Source of the DNA: Phoronis australis
Taxonomy: Eukaryota; Animalia; Phoronida
DNA: 64,000 nucleotides
NCBI GenBank assembly: GCA_002633005.1
Contig: NMRA01000199.1
Span: forward strand, 256,995 to 320,994
Reading direction: 5' to 3'
In this document: positions 24,173 to 38,184 of the stretch, piece by piece
Numbering within the stretch: the stretch's first letter is position 1
Layout: each line of letters opens with the position of its first letter
Notes under the pieces: generated by a model
The model's database searches: none
What the model was told of the DNA's origin: nothing
Seen by the model: only the letters and a program-made list of their open reading frames with translations
Made by a program: the position numbers and the translations under genes

Positions 24173-25954
24173 TAGATCATTTTGTTAATAAAAACAACTA
24201 TGATTTTAAATCGACTTGACATATTTCAGTCCAAGTATTGTTATCAGCAGTGCTCTTTCAATGACTTTGTTACATGCAGTCTCGAAAGTTTGCTAGTGTT
24301 TTAATTTGTTTGTTATGTCGTCTCTCAGTGTTTTACTACATAGCTGAACACCTGAAGAAAGGAGATTGTTTCGACAATACGAGCGACACTACATCAAGCT
24401 GTCAAACAAAAGGTTTTGTCGCGTTTTCAAAGAAGTTTATGAATTATTATTTTTATACATATATGGGTACGTATGTGCGTGTGTGTGTGTGTTTTAAAAT
24501 CTCAGATATTCCGGATTTGATGAACAAGTAAAGCATTGCACCCATTTGCTGAGGAATTTTCCGCAAGAAAATTACAACTGAAATTAATGTTTTGATAACC
24601 GAAGTTCTTCTCCCAATTCCTTATAAAAATATGAAATAAAATAAATATCCATGTCCGCAAAAAGTAAAGTACGAGGAGTGACTTTAACTAAGTGCTTAAA
24701 GAGGCCCGGAACAAGAAAAACGGCCTGAATTGTATTATTCAAAGTAGTTCTCTGCCACTGAAACAGAATTCAACTTGTTCACCAGGTATTCTTTACGATC
24801 TGTTCGTAAAGGTTTTGAATTGCTATTGATGTCAATGCATTTTTCTTTTAGTTTCAAAATAAAAAACGGTCTGTCAACTGCTCGCACTTCGTTGATTTTT
24901 CCTCCACAAGGCAAAGCACGTCTCCTTATTTGTTATGGCAGGCTACGGATGTAGCACGTTTCGCTGATATATGGAAAATGTGACGTTTGGCTTTAGATGT
25001 AAACAAAAAAATAACGACTTCAAGCAGCAGTCATTCCTATTAAAATGCAATTGTTGTACGTGCTAACTGTGTAAAGGTATCGTAATATACAAATATATTC
25101 TAAAATGCGCTTGAGATTCTCTTTTTTGAAAACTGTTCGGTTTCTTCTTCCGCTCAGTATAACCAAAACATGAACAATGCATGTGTCTAGTAGGGATTTT
25201 CCAAAATTTACATTCACATCTCTATTTTGACGCTTCACATCGACAAACAGCTTGTCTTCCTCATGACAATATAGTTCAATGTTATATTTTGCTTATAACC
25301 AATTGAAAGCCTACTCTGTCATAACTCAATGATGCCAACTGAACCATGTAGGACCAATCGTCTGCATGACACTTTATTATGTAAAAGATACGGAAGTCCT
25401 GATACTACTTGTTTTAACATATCACCTTTATTATTAACATGGAGATGCATCAGTTACACGGCCCAGAAAACGAGAATGTACATTAAGCTAAGGACGTGCC
25501 CTAATAGTTGAAAATGCATTTTGAATAATCATGATTAGTAATGTTTTAAACTCTACTTCACATTTTATATCTAGGATAGTCATGTTTAATTAGTTGTTTC
25601 AAATTTGTATTTCTACTTATCTTAGAAATAAGTGTTCCTAAATGCCAACAAGTATCAAATACAAAATGATTATCATCCTCATATGTATTATTTACCATCT
25701 TTGAAGAGAGGTCAGTTATTTCTTTGATCAAATATGTGAATAGTTAACACCCTAGGCTTACCTAAAGTGATGATTTCATGCAAAAGACTAATCGTATTTT
25801 GATTAAAAAGAAATCTATGTTTCATTGAAGTAATTAAATTTTGAATCATCTCCAAAAGACCATAGATAAATGTACATTAGTCACGCTCACTAAACTTACA
25901 TCGAGTTGTCTGACGAAATTTCTTAGAAGATGCCACCAAAAAATACCGTGTTGT

Positions 25955-26100
25955 CAGGGGCGGATCCATGATTTTGAGTTGGGGGGCAGGGCAGAGTATT
26001 AGCCAAGATTTTGCGCTTCAGACATTCCCACCCTCGAAATGCAAAATGGAATTTTAGGGGGGCATGGCCCCTTAATCCCCCCCCCCTAAATTCGCCACTG
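25955..26100. mobile_element. CAG...CTG MITE family A, copy with 5-bp TSD GTTGT
   Basis: TIR CAGGGGCGGA/TTCGCCACTG; GTTGT on both flanks. Confidence 0.85.
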
Positions 26101-26829
26101 GTTGTATTTCTCAAACAGTCCACTAAATTAGATAAAATGAGAAATTGTAACCTTTGACAATTCACAGAAAAATAATGTTGAAAATATTTTCCCGTCACGG
26201 CTCTGTGAAGGTAGTTTTCACAGTCAGGCAAAAATATAAAACCAAAGTTGACTTGACGGCGATATCCTGTTGCTCCCAACTTGTTCGATTCTATAGCCCA
26301 ACAACAAGTTGGGAAGTTTACCCCCGTAGCCAATATCTTACGCGACTGATTAACTCCATTCTGGCATTTATGGTTGGAGGGCATGCGCTCTTTTGTTCGA
26401 TAATTGCTCTAATCTCCGATCAGATCGTTTCTAGACTGACTGGGCTGGGCTGATAAAAATGAAAGTTCAGTTATAACATATTTGAACTTAAACCAATAGC
26501 ATCGCTGAATTCCTTGTCAAATGTTCCGTTTTTGAATCACCAAAATCGCCCAACTACAACAGACAATCTATTCTGCCCAAACGGACGCACTGGGTTTGAC
26601 TATGTTAATACGCATTCGGTAATAACGTGCAACCACCATACGTTTCCGTTGAAGCCTGGTAGATAATTGGCCTGCTTGTTATCATACGGGACAAAAGACT
26701 GAGCTGGGCAGTTAACAAAAGAGCCAGATGTTATCGCACGTTCAGCACCGCTCACGTCTGGAAAAGTTACTGAACGACAGAACGCTGTAATGATTCTTGC
26801 CTTGAAAGCTGTCAATCTGACCTAATAAT

Positions 26830-27700
26830 TGATACAATAAGTATTTTCTTAAGATTGAAGTTTTTTTCATAATTGATCAAAATTTACTCTGAATTTACAT
26901 TGGTCACGAATGAAATTGCCCTCTTTAACCACAGACAGGCTTTCATGATGGCTTTGCTGTTGGTGAAATTTTGTGTCACAATCCCATTAAATCTGTGTAC
27001 TAAATTAAAAAAATTTACACTACGTACACTACTCCCAGTTGCGTTAAATATTGTTATAAAATTCACCAGATCATCATTCATTCTGCCAAATGGATTATTG
27101 TTCTATATGTTGTGATACAATTGGGGTATAGTTTTGGATTATAGGCAGGACCGGACAGGACAAAGAGATCACTGAAATCAATGGGCCATTGTGTTCACAG
27201 TGAGAAACCTGTATCTTCTCGATGATCCAGCGGCAGTGAATTTCCAGTTGCCATGGATTATTTTGCAACTGACATATCAAGAATCTATTATCAGTGTGAC
27301 TCAATGAAAGGTGAACATTTTTCATATCTTTGTTCTACGAAATATTTGTTTCAATATTGCATTAATTCTGGCTTACACGACATATGTAAATTACTACAAT
27401 TGTATGTTCTCTTTTAAAGGGTCCGAAATTAAGTGGTTTGAGGAAAAATGTAATTTTGCCAAAACATTTTAATGAAGAATCGAGTTAAAATAAGTAACAT
27501 GCAGAGCTGTCATTTGTTTGACAGTCGCAATCTTTGGGTGACAGTGATGCAGTCAGTTCAGTATGCCGTTAACGTAATCCTTTAGTATGGCAAGGTCATT
27601 TTCTTCCAATGATTGGTTGAACTCACTTAAAGGCAGGTGCATATGGATGGGAAAGATGCCTTTTTAGATTCCTCTTTAAATGAGTGTAAATGCATTCATT
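26830..27700 (-). mobile_element. Heavily decayed L1/Tx1-like LINE ORF2 3' remnant (tentative)
   Basis: Fragments such as SIWQN, DLVN...G..S...L..RFN....NF....IMKA..W resemble the post-RT region of Tx1/L1 elements; multiple stops. Confidence 0.35.
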
Positions 27701-28944
27701 TAATGATGATATTTGAGAGAGTTTTCTACCAAATGGTTTGTGTCTGTTTCCTTAAAATGTGCTTTCAACACAGACTTTCCATTTTCAGATCCTGAATATG
27801 TACTGTAACTGACGACGAGTGGAATTGGCGACTGAAAGGTAAGACAAAGAAGAAGAACAAGAACCAGAATTTTCTCAAGCACTGAGGAACATAGTAGACT
27901 AATAGGAGCGGTGAATATTCTGTGTAGACAGTATACACCAAATGATACCGAAAATTAGCATGTGTTTGTACTGGGAAGACGACGGATGGCTTGAATATTC
28001 GATACGAAACCAACTACTTCGGCGTCCCTAGTGGCTATTTTATGGCCTTAACCAAATTGTAAATGTGTTCAGGGCTTAAAAAGAAAGTTATTATCTGATA
28101 TTAGACTTTACAAGTTAACTTTGACACGGCGTGCTATTTTATGCACCTACCATGGTCTCAACTAATAACGAACTTTCAATTATTTGCAAACGCAAAAATT
28201 ATTTCTTCTCAGAAAAACGAAACAACTTGAGACTAATTTTACTTTTGTTATCGATCTAAATCAAAAGCCTGAAAATTCACGTTACAGTTCATGAGAACTT
28301 TACTGTTATTCTTTAGACGTTCTCCCAATGGTTTTCAGTACGTTAATGTCTACAGTGAAACTTCAAAATTACTTTATTTGGAGCCCACTTTAGCATGCGC
28401 AAGAAACCCAAACCGTTGAAGTTTATTAATACCCGGGCGTTGTTCTCCACTAAAGGTACGCCAATGCGTCAAAACCGTGTATTTCTACTTCTACGCATAT
28501 CTTCGATGAAGACTAGTAACGAGAATTAAGTTGTCTTTGGTTAAGAATTCCAATTCCACTTTTTTTGGCACGTTAACTTTTTCACCTCAGTCGCGCGCGA
28601 TAACCACAAAGTCATTGCGAATGCCAAGCACGTTTGTAAGTAATCCACCTCAAGACAAAATTTGACTAAGAAATAATAACAACAATATAGAAGTCTGACG
28701 CACATGTATTACATATACTTTATTTAATACAACAAGGGCATTCACAAATTAATACAGAAGGTACGCATGGTCAAATTTTTAAGAACAAGACGTACGTGAA
28801 GCCCACACCCCATTGAATGTTTGGGTCGTTTCATGACCGGAACTACTCAATACGCCAGCGACCCCTACAGGGATAAGATATTACTACTCATCTCGGGGGA
28901 TGGCCATTCGCTTTGGGTTAGACTGTATTCACTGGTCTGTAATA

Positions 28945-29102
28945 AGCCTGGCGTGCGTTCAGTAACGCTAGGACCTTCGCTAAGACCTAGCTAAAATCTA
29001 GCCAAATCCACGTGTTCTCATTTAAAATACACGGCAATATCTCACGTGAGTCCCGCGAATCTTGCTTTTTAGCGAGGTCCTAGTGTAACTGAATGGGAGG
29101 CT
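28945..29102. mobile_element. AGCCT...AGGCT MITE, copy 2
   Basis: TIR AGCCT..TTCAGTAACGCTAGGACC / GGTCCTAGTGTAACTGAA..AGGCT; homologous to 1200-1354. Confidence 0.75.
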
Positions 29103-29909
29103 GGTTGGTGTCTGTTGTCATACCAGACAAAAAAACTGTGCTCGACAGTTATTAACAAAGAAGCTAGATGTTATCCCCCGCTCACAACACTCTACGTCTT
29201 GTAAAGTCACTGAACGGAAAACGCGGTCATGCAGAAGCTGGTTACCTTGAAAAGTACAACGATCCTACACGTGTTTATTTGAATGTGTCGGTGTTTTGTA
29301 ACTGCCTAAATATAGTATCTCAGCATATCTCAGCACTGCTGACGGGCAAATAGATTAAGCAAAGGCCTCGACTGGTTTATTGTAACTTTGCTTACGTCGG
29401 TTACAGGAATTGATTCATACACAGGATTTCATGTTTGAGTGAAAAATGTGCACAATTTGAATACGTATTTTGTGTATGTAATATACATTGGAAGAAAGAT
29501 AAATTCACTTCCCTGTACAGGTGTATAAACTGTGGAATTCTGGTTATTCGTCAGAAGTAGACTTGTCCTGACAATTAGGCGGCGGACAAAAGAATAAACG
29601 CAAATTAGGCTTATTGCTCTTATAGTTTGAAATCATTTTAAAATGTGAAAATGTTAATTTTCTGACATCTACGTATTTCATTGTTTGATGTTTCACGTTT
29701 TAGTGTATGAAAGAAATTTAGACGTTATTAACAAGAGTTGTTCTGCTTGTTGTGAAAAAAATTGTGGATTAGACAACGTAATTTGGGAACGAGGTCCTTA
29801 ACTGCTTTTGAATTCATTTCGTTATGATGAATTTTTATTATTACTTGAACTCAGCGGAAATTCAAAAATGAATAACCACGGCTTGTGAGAAGGTTTTTAG
29901 CACATCGCA

Positions 29910-31059
29910 TTTGCATAATAGAATTAAGAAGACTATGTAACGCACGGCGACAGTGACTACTTCTTTCTCACTGGACGCCGGATTCAAGAACAAGTTCAGT
30001 TTTTTCTCCAACAGGCAGCGCAAACGCAGTTATACAGTAAATGCTTGGTTTATAAATATGTTTTGATTTTCAACGAACAAAGATTAAAATCTCTTAACTG
30101 CTGGATCCAATACAGGATGTAGTTTTTGAACGAAGCAACTAATTTGTTGCTATCAAGTATCAACGTCCTGGATGTTACCCACCTACACCTGGTTCTTTTA
30201 ACAAACGCATAACTTATGTAAGTTATGCACGTCAAGGTGATTAAATTTATGTAACCCTATAGTTATATAACATAAATTCCCTACTGAAACCAATGGTTCG
30301 GCCAGTTTAAAGGCCTATGGTCCGAGTTATAGAAGAAAAAAACCTCTTAACGCCGTTTAAACCGGTTTTTTGATGTGACATGGAGTTCAAAAAGTTATTA
30401 ACTTTCAACTTGTGCAAAAAGTTTGAAAAAAATCGTTGTAAATACTGCAAACGAATGAAATGTTTACAAAGAATTTAGTATCCCGACCGCTAAACAGATT
30501 ATAAACAATACAACAACGCATGCGCAGCCACAGATCTAGAGGTCAACAGAATTTATACAAATGGCGGGGAGAGGAAGATCTATGAAGTGTACGTCCGAAG
30601 GCGAAACGCAGTCGTCCTGCTCTACGAGATTCAGAAAAAGACGTGTTAGCCAGTANTTTGCATAATAGAATTAAGAAGACTATGTAACGCACGGCGACAG
30701 TGACTACTTCTTTCTCACTGGACGCCGGATTCAAGAACAAGTTCAGTTTTTTCTCCAACAGGCAGCGCAAACGCAGTTATACAGTAAATGCTTGGTTTAT
30801 AAATATGTTTTGATTTTCAACGAACAAAGATTAAAATCTCTTAACTGCTGGATCCAATACAGGATGTAGTTTTTGAACGAAGCAACTAATTTGTTGCTAT
30901 CAAGTATCAACGTCCCGGATGTTACCCACCTACACCTGGTTCTTTTAACAAACGCATAACTTATGTAAGTTATGCACGTCAAGGTGATTAAATTTATGTA
31001 ACCCTATAGTTATATAACATAAATTCCCTACTGAAACCAATGGTTCGGCCAGTTTAAAG
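29910..31059. repeat. 403-bp direct duplication (29910-30312 and 30657-31059) around a single N; probable haplotype artefact
   Basis: Copies appear identical except T30169/C30916; the second copy starts immediately after N30656. Confidence 0.9.
30310..30655 (+). mobile_element. 5' end of a DNA transposon related to the 11025-13660 element, truncated at the N
   Basis: TTAAAGGCCTATGG...CAACAACGCATGCGCAGC...AGAGGTCAACA...TACAAATGGCGG matches the reverse complement of 13418-13662. Confidence 0.8.
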
Positions 31060-32764
31060 TAGCGTTATTTTAGCGCAACTGGTCTCAGGGGGTACTCCCA
31101 CAAGAGCTATCGGGCCTTGTTTTTCAGCTGGGTGATTTTTTCACGACCAATTGTTCTTTGAAACCTTGATTTTTTCTGCCAGAATTCCCCACAAGAGGGC
31201 TCGTATTTCCAGCTGCGTCAGTCTATGGAAGGGTTTTCAATATAGTTTTTATTTTAAAAACTTTTCTTTCAGACGCCGTACACTTACGTGATTTTGACTA
31301 TAAAGCATCTCTTTTTGTAGTGTTCCTGACTTTGAATGGCACAATTGGTTTTACGACTCAAGTGTATTTTGAGGGTTATTTTTAGTAATTAAGACTGCCT
31401 AATTCATGTAATTATTAGCTTTGGCCAGAGAGCTAGAGAACTGTAAAAAAATGAGATGAAAAGGCTTCGAATAACAGTTGACGTGCCAAATTCATGTAAT
31501 GACGTACACATTCATGTACCTCTGTGGCTTCAATGCCACGTTAAAAGTTACAAATGCAACTGTCTAAGGTTCCGGCAAAAGAGTCAGGTTTAAAATCATG
31601 TAACCACTTATTTGATGGTCTGGCGGAGATTGACTCTCTAACAAAGGATTTTTGAAGTTCCCTTCAAATTGGTAACAATTTTCAAGTTGAGTCCACTCTC
31701 TGAATGGCTATCCTAATTTTTTAGTAGCACTCCTCCGTCAAAACAGCTACGGTGAACTCAGTGCACTTCTCACAAGGGGACTGATTATCCCCGACTATAC
31801 GCCTTTGTCAATAAAATTGTATTTCGTCAAGTTCAGTTACGACTTGCTTAACGTGCCTCGGTTATTTAATTTCAAGGTCACTCTCAGTGACTTAGGTAAC
31901 AGCCTAAGCTATTTTAGTAATCTCGCGTCCAGTCATTGTTAGCATCACACAATGCCGTATTGAATTTGAAGGCGAGACAATCACACTTGGTAAACCAACA
32001 CTGGCGTGATCATTGACCCAAATCTGGTCAGAGTTATCCGCACGTCAGGTGGGCAAACGTTTATTTTGTAACCCAACACTGGCGCGAATTACCTTATTTC
32101 GACCCGGTCTCCACATGCAACCACATGCTGTATTTTCACAAAAAAACATGCCATTATCTTACAACATACAGCATTTGAAGAGCAACGCCAAGAGATTATA
32201 TTTCTTCATTTTATAACTTCTCCTGCGTTCCGTTTTCTCGTGAACTGTTTCTTTTTTTCGTTTCAATGAGACTCCGGACACTGTTTGGCAGTTGGGTGAG
32301 CCTACTTGTAGTTGAACAGACCTCGTCACCGTTCCTATATATTTTCCTGAAGTCTGTTTTGAGACATATTATAAAATGTCATGCAGGAGATCTTAAAAAG
32401 TTAGATTAGATGATAGAAAAGCATGAAGTTGGTGAGTAAAGAACAATACGAATGACTGTGCAGAATATTAAGATAACTTAGTCGAGTCCTTACTAGCCGT
32501 TTAGGACACTCCGTCCTTCAGAGTTATAAGGAGTCGTTTATTGATCAAGATGAAAGACGGACCCCTATTAGCTTATTATACGTCTTTTTCTTGGTTTTTC
32601 ATCTTTTTCCCCTGTTGAATGTGAGTGTACATGGGTGAGTACATGACTAAACGGATATTTCTTGTTATGTTCTTCGATTTATTATTAATAAACCTCTAAA
32701 CTGAAAAAAGAGTTCTCTCATAAGTTAGCCGGAGTGACACACGCTGTTGTATAGGCACACAATG

Positions 32765-33305
32765 GGTTATTGTTTACAATCCGACTTTATTACCGTACAT
32801 ACTTGATACTACTATTTTCTGAATCCTCTAGTCATGGTGATTCCAAAAATGTATTAGTTGTACTGATTGGTCGATTATTATTCACAATTTCCAAGTTTTG
32901 CCAAGGCGTTCATTTGCAACGCGGATTTAGTGAGGCAGCCATAAGAAGTTTTCAAGAGGCAATCCTTTATAAATGACTATTACTGTTTTTTTCTCACAGT
33001 TACCCTAACATGCCACGCGGTATCTTCAATATAATAGCCAATTTTGGTGTCTTTTTGACACACGCATGATCGTTGTAGTTATCATTCCTGGCGACAGGTG
33101 ACGCAGTTTTATAATGGCGGTCACTCGAGATCGGCTGCCACAAATGAACACCTCGTACATGAATACGGTGAATGGATGAATAAGAAGAGCCTAATCGGTA
33201 CGAGTAATACATTTTTGGAATCACCATAATCACCCTGGCGAGAGGATTCAGAAAAAATTAATATCAAGTATGCACGTTAATGGAGTCGGATTGTAAACAA
33301 TAACC
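32765..33305. mobile_element. Non-autonomous DNA transposon with ~75-bp TIRs and near-perfect 8-bp TSD (MULE- or Merlin-like)
   Basis: GGTTATTGTTTACAATCCGACT.../...AGTCGGATTGTAAACAATAACC; flanks ACACAATG and ACACAATC. Confidence 0.85.
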
Positions 33306-34108
33306 ACACAATCAGCTGCTCACTATTAGTTGCAAAAACGAACAGAACACACAATGTACATCCGTCTTCGTCAGAGGGGAGAATTCTAAAACAATCGGGG
33401 CGAAAACGTGTAGAAAGGTGACTGGAAAAGTACAAACATGCAGAGACTCTTATCGGTTACTATAGAGTATATACATACACATACACAACAGATCATAAAC
33501 CTGCTACGTACCCGACTACCATCACAAAAAACAACTTCAGATTTAGAAAATTTGTTACGAATTTCAAGGTTTCGAAAGAACAGGCAGGTTCACCGTAACT
33601 ATAGTTGAGACGAGGCTCTACAGGTTGGTTTGGCACATCATGACATTTTATGCGTTGTGCATGCTCTGAATAAATTACTGTCATTTCGTCGGAAGTCCAG
33701 ACACCACTTGTAATGTAAGTAACGAGGTCAGTTTTGTAGCGGCGTCGACCTGTACAGGTATAAATAAAAGGTTTCCATCTTGGATGCAACGAGGTTTGTC
33801 GCCGCTTTAACTGAGCATACAATTTGAGGATGCGTTCGGCGGTTCAGACTCGCCATTGCTCTTGACAAGTCAATCACTTTTTTCGTTTGAAAATATATAA
33901 TAGATATGATTGAGATAAAACTGTTGAATTACGTAATTAATGATTTTCTGGGTTGTAACGTGATATTCTTCCGATGTCGCATGATTTGCCTTGCGACTCA
34001 CGTAATCAAAACGAACGTAAAAATACATGTTTGGCCACGGATGAATACGATCAATTGTTTAGGCTGACTAAAAGGAACATCGAAATTGCGTTAATTTGTG
34101 GCGTAATA

Positions 34109-34368
34109 CACGCGCACACCCAGCATAAAACATGGGGGGGCTCGAATTCTTACGTATGCGGACCTTTTACTGAAAAAAAATCAACGAGGACAAAAAAACG
34201 GGGCCACTAGGTTCAGGTCTGCCAATCGTGCATCCGCGCCGAATTCCTGTGGACTTTTTGGACTTTTGTCTCGTTTACTCGGACCTTTTTATTTCGCTGA
34301 GGCGGACCTTTTTGCCCAATTCGCCAAATTTGCTCGGAGACAACCCCCCCCCCCCGGGTGCGCCCATT
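34109..34368 (+). mobile_element. MITE family B (CATGCGCGCACCCAG...CTGGGTGCGCCCATG), copy
   Basis: Reverse-complement match to 37358-37614. Confidence 0.8.
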
Positions 34369-36744
34369 GGTCTGAGGCAGTTCGCTTTAACATTACGTAT
34401 GACGTTGTCGAAAAGTCTGCGTATTTTGAACTATCTACAAAATCATGGATTAGCCTTAGTGCATTGCTGGAAGCAGGAAGCATCCGGAAATTGACTTGTG
34501 ACTATTTACCAAACTGCAGTTAATTTCGTCATGTGACCATGTCTTGCGTAGTAAATTTTTGCGAAAAAAGGTACATTGATAGCAAAACAACGGTATCAAT
34601 AACAAAAATGTCCATTTGATATAAATGTTCAAGGTGAAATTCGCTGTTACAGTTCTTAACATTTTTGATAGACCCAGATGAGAAAATGGGACATTTTAAA
34701 AGCAAATGATTCCTAATAGGGTTTTGATGAACAGTGTTAACGAATATACGACGTTTCATGTAATGGTAATAAAAGAACTTTATAGCAGAGACTGCCTGCG
34801 CAATAAAGGCCGCCACAAGAAGGCCATTGGGACGTACTGTATGCGCCATCTATAGGACTTCACCGACGGTAGCGGCACACGAGTTTGTCCGTGGTGAAGC
34901 CGACTGGAACGAGGCTCTACATAAAGTGGTCCCATACTCATAGACACTCGTAAAGAGATTCGCGACTCCGTGAAGTCTCGCGGCCTAACGCAAAAGTACG
35001 TGAGCAGGATTCAAAACTTCCGGTCTCATGGCTAAGCATAGTAACGAAGGTGAACTTAGGTTTTTATTTCGCGCACAGTCAAGCAAATTTTTTAGTTTGA
35101 AACTAATTTGTTGTGTTTAATGCAAACTAAATCGCGTATGCGAGCCATTTAAGTCGGATTATTGCTATAAAACGTGTCGGAATTAACTTGACAAGTTGTT
35201 GTTGATAGGCCCGAATGCTGGCACAGTTCAACACAAGAATCGAGGAGTTTGGCCCAATGAAAAGGTTGAGTTAATTGGATAATTCATTTACTTGAATTCT
35301 CAGTCGTTTACGATGAAATTTAGTTTGAATTTTGTGGATGTTGGTGACATTTTTTGATGCTATAGATAATTAGTCTAATTAAACACAATGTTATGCAAGT
35401 TTAGTGACGATGTACAATTAATTAAATATATTCATTTGGTTGTTTACCAACATTTTTATCCTCCTTTGAGTGCATAGGAAGTGATTCACCCTATGTCTTT
35501 AACCAGTTGTAGGATGTTTACAATAACAACTGTGCCTTGTATTGCTAGTAATGTAACTTTAATCTTTTGAAACTGGTCAGCTTTGGGATGATGCATTTCC
35601 GACAACAATAATCGGAACTACTATCCATCGAAATTACTTGACTTTTGTCTACCTGCACCATATTTGGTAATCACTTGGGTTCATTGCTGGAATCTGCCAA
35701 CAACTTTATTCAGAGAATTGTTTTGGAACTAGGTGTAGCATTTTGGAGGAAGTGTGTGGGTTTTCATGTTTTGAACTAACTCGCCCACCTTTCTTGTATT
35801 CAGTATAAATATTCTTTTAGCTACTCTAGAATTCATATTGCTTGGAGAGAGGCTGCTGCTTGCTTCAAAAATATCACAGATACCCAGAGTTGGTAAGAGA
35901 CAATTTTGGTTCTTGATGCTTTACTATTAATTTCGTCTTTAGAAAAAACTATTCTCAGTTCTTTGATCATTTGATTAATTCACAGAAATCGTTGTAACTA
36001 CAAGTTTCTGGTAACTAGTGTTTGCCTAATTGTGAGTTGATATATGTTATCAGACATGCAGTTCTCTGTAATTTTAGTATGATGTATTTGGTACTTCAAT
36101 TTGTATTAAAGATTGTATTATTTTTATTAATTGTTTCAGGTTTAAACGTATAACGTATAGAAAACGTATGTTCGTATTAACCGTATCGAAAACGAAAACG
36201 TATCTTACTCGTATTCGTATCGTATCATATATAAAGTTTCATGAACCAAAGTGTTACGGTATTATTATTATGCGCGTGTAACCTGCTGGGCCAACAACAA
36301 AAACAAGAGAGACATCTAATGTGTGGATGCGCTAATGTGATGTTGTAGGAATTTTGGCTCGCCTTAACCGCTGTTGTTTCTCATTCGTCACTACGCCTAC
36401 AATACATGTACATGAACCATAGCAAACAAATACGGCCAAAATTCAGCAAGAGCGAAATTTTGCCATTTTTCATGATTTTCAGAAGCTTGTATCTTTTAGC
36501 ATGCAAAGTGGTGGAAATTGAAAAGTTTGCCAGCGAATTATTTAAACTGTCTTATTTCTGTTGATATCCGTTTCAACAAATGGGTACATCAACGAATATT
36601 TTTAAAAATCGAAGTACTGCGAGCCCTTGACAATTTTTTCACTCAGCGGTAAATTCTTGTGACTTATACCATAAGGTATAAAAGGGGAAAAACTTTCAGC
36701 TGTTAAATGGCTGTTACTGAACCGATTTTAATGATATTTATATT

Positions 36745-36890
36745 CAGGGGCGGATCCAGCATTTTGTGTTGGGGGGACAGGGCAGAGTAATAGCCAGGAT
36801 TTTCCCTTTCAGAGGTTCTCACCCCCGAACTGCCAAATGGAGTATGGGAGAATTTTAGGGGGGCCATAGCCCCCTCTAAATCCACCACTG
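36745..36890. mobile_element. MITE family A copy
   Basis: CAGGGGCGGATCC...TCCACCACTG; flanks ATATT/ATATC. Confidence 0.85.
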
Positions 36891-37357
36891 ATATCAAACT
36901 GCTTGCTAAAAAATTCTGCCTTAAGTGTAAACTTTTGATTTATTTTTTGATAAAAGTATGAAATAATGTAGTTTTTTAAGTAAATGTCTTGTCGGTCTCT
37001 CACCTGGAAAAATTCTGAAAGTGTACACTCAACGTCAGAATTACTAATAATGTCCTAATCCTTTCCCCATCAATTTTTTCACTATATCTCACCTTTTCCA
37101 TTGAGGAACACCTCTAAAAAAGATAAATTCAATCATTTTTCAAGAACCATGTTGACCTTTCCAGGGTTTAAACTGAACTCAAACTTGATTGGTCAAATGT
37201 ATTAAACAGAACCATTCAAAACTTCTCTAAATAACATAAAGTGGTCCAAATTGGTTGAATATTTTCATTAAAATAGTACAGAAGATGTTTTAAATTCAAT
37301 TTAACTTTTTGGATGGTCACCAACACAACTTATCTCAATTCCTATATTACATGACGG

Positions 37358-37614
37358 CATGGGCGCACCCAGGGGGCTCGGGGGGGGGCTCGAACGAGTC
37401 TCCAATTTGGCGAATTGAGCAAAAAGGTCTGCTTCAGTGATACAAAAAGTCCAAGTAAACGAGACAAAAGTTCACAGGAATTCGGCGCGGATGCACAATT
37501 CGCAGGCCTGAACCTAGTGGCCCCGTTTTTTTTAGTCCTCGTTGATTTTTTCCAGTAAAAGGTCCCCATACCAAAAATTCGAGCCCCCCATATTTTAGGC
37601 TGGGTGCGCGCATG
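37358..37614 (-). mobile_element. MITE family B, complete copy; partial copies at ~39570-39660 and ~61326-61556
   Basis: 15-bp TIR CATGGGCGCACCCAG/CTGGGTGCGCGCATG; flanks GACGG/GACAG. Confidence 0.85.
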
Positions 37615-38184
37615 GACAGGAATGAAATTGATTTAAATTTCATTGAAACTTTAGGGTCTAATTTAATTTTGTTTAATTAAAAATGCACATAATCATTTTT
37701 ATCATATTGTGTGTAAAATAAGGTTGTGAAAACATTGATCTCACTTGGGGAAAACAGAATAATTAATATACCCTCAAAGGTTTGTAAATAAATGACGAAA
37801 TACTCTAAAAAAAGACTAGGTTTCTGCTTTTCGGCTCTATTTGAAATCATTTGTTACGCAAAATTTGATTTTTAGAATTGTTATATTTTGGAACGAATGA
37901 AATATTTTCACTGAACCATAGTAATTCTTGAAGTGTTTTGTCATTTTCAAAGTGGTTTGGTGTCGATGCCATGTTGTTAACCTACTTGTAAAGGACTCTC
38001 CATCTTGTTTTAGTAACACAGTAAGCTATGGATTCCCAAATATAGTTGTTTAAACTTGCCACTTTTGTGGCCTGAACTTTTTGGGTGCTGTTTGCTGAAA
38101 AAAGGCTATTAACTCGAGAGCCGCCTAACTGATTTAAGAAATTCAAAAACTTGTGTAAATGGCATGTCTAAAGCTACCATTTAA

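Noticed and set aside
27700-27882. Secreted-peptide-like ORF (LEKILVLVLLLCL)
   Set aside because: Starts at GTG, no ATG in frame, and lies beside a decayed LINE-like region.
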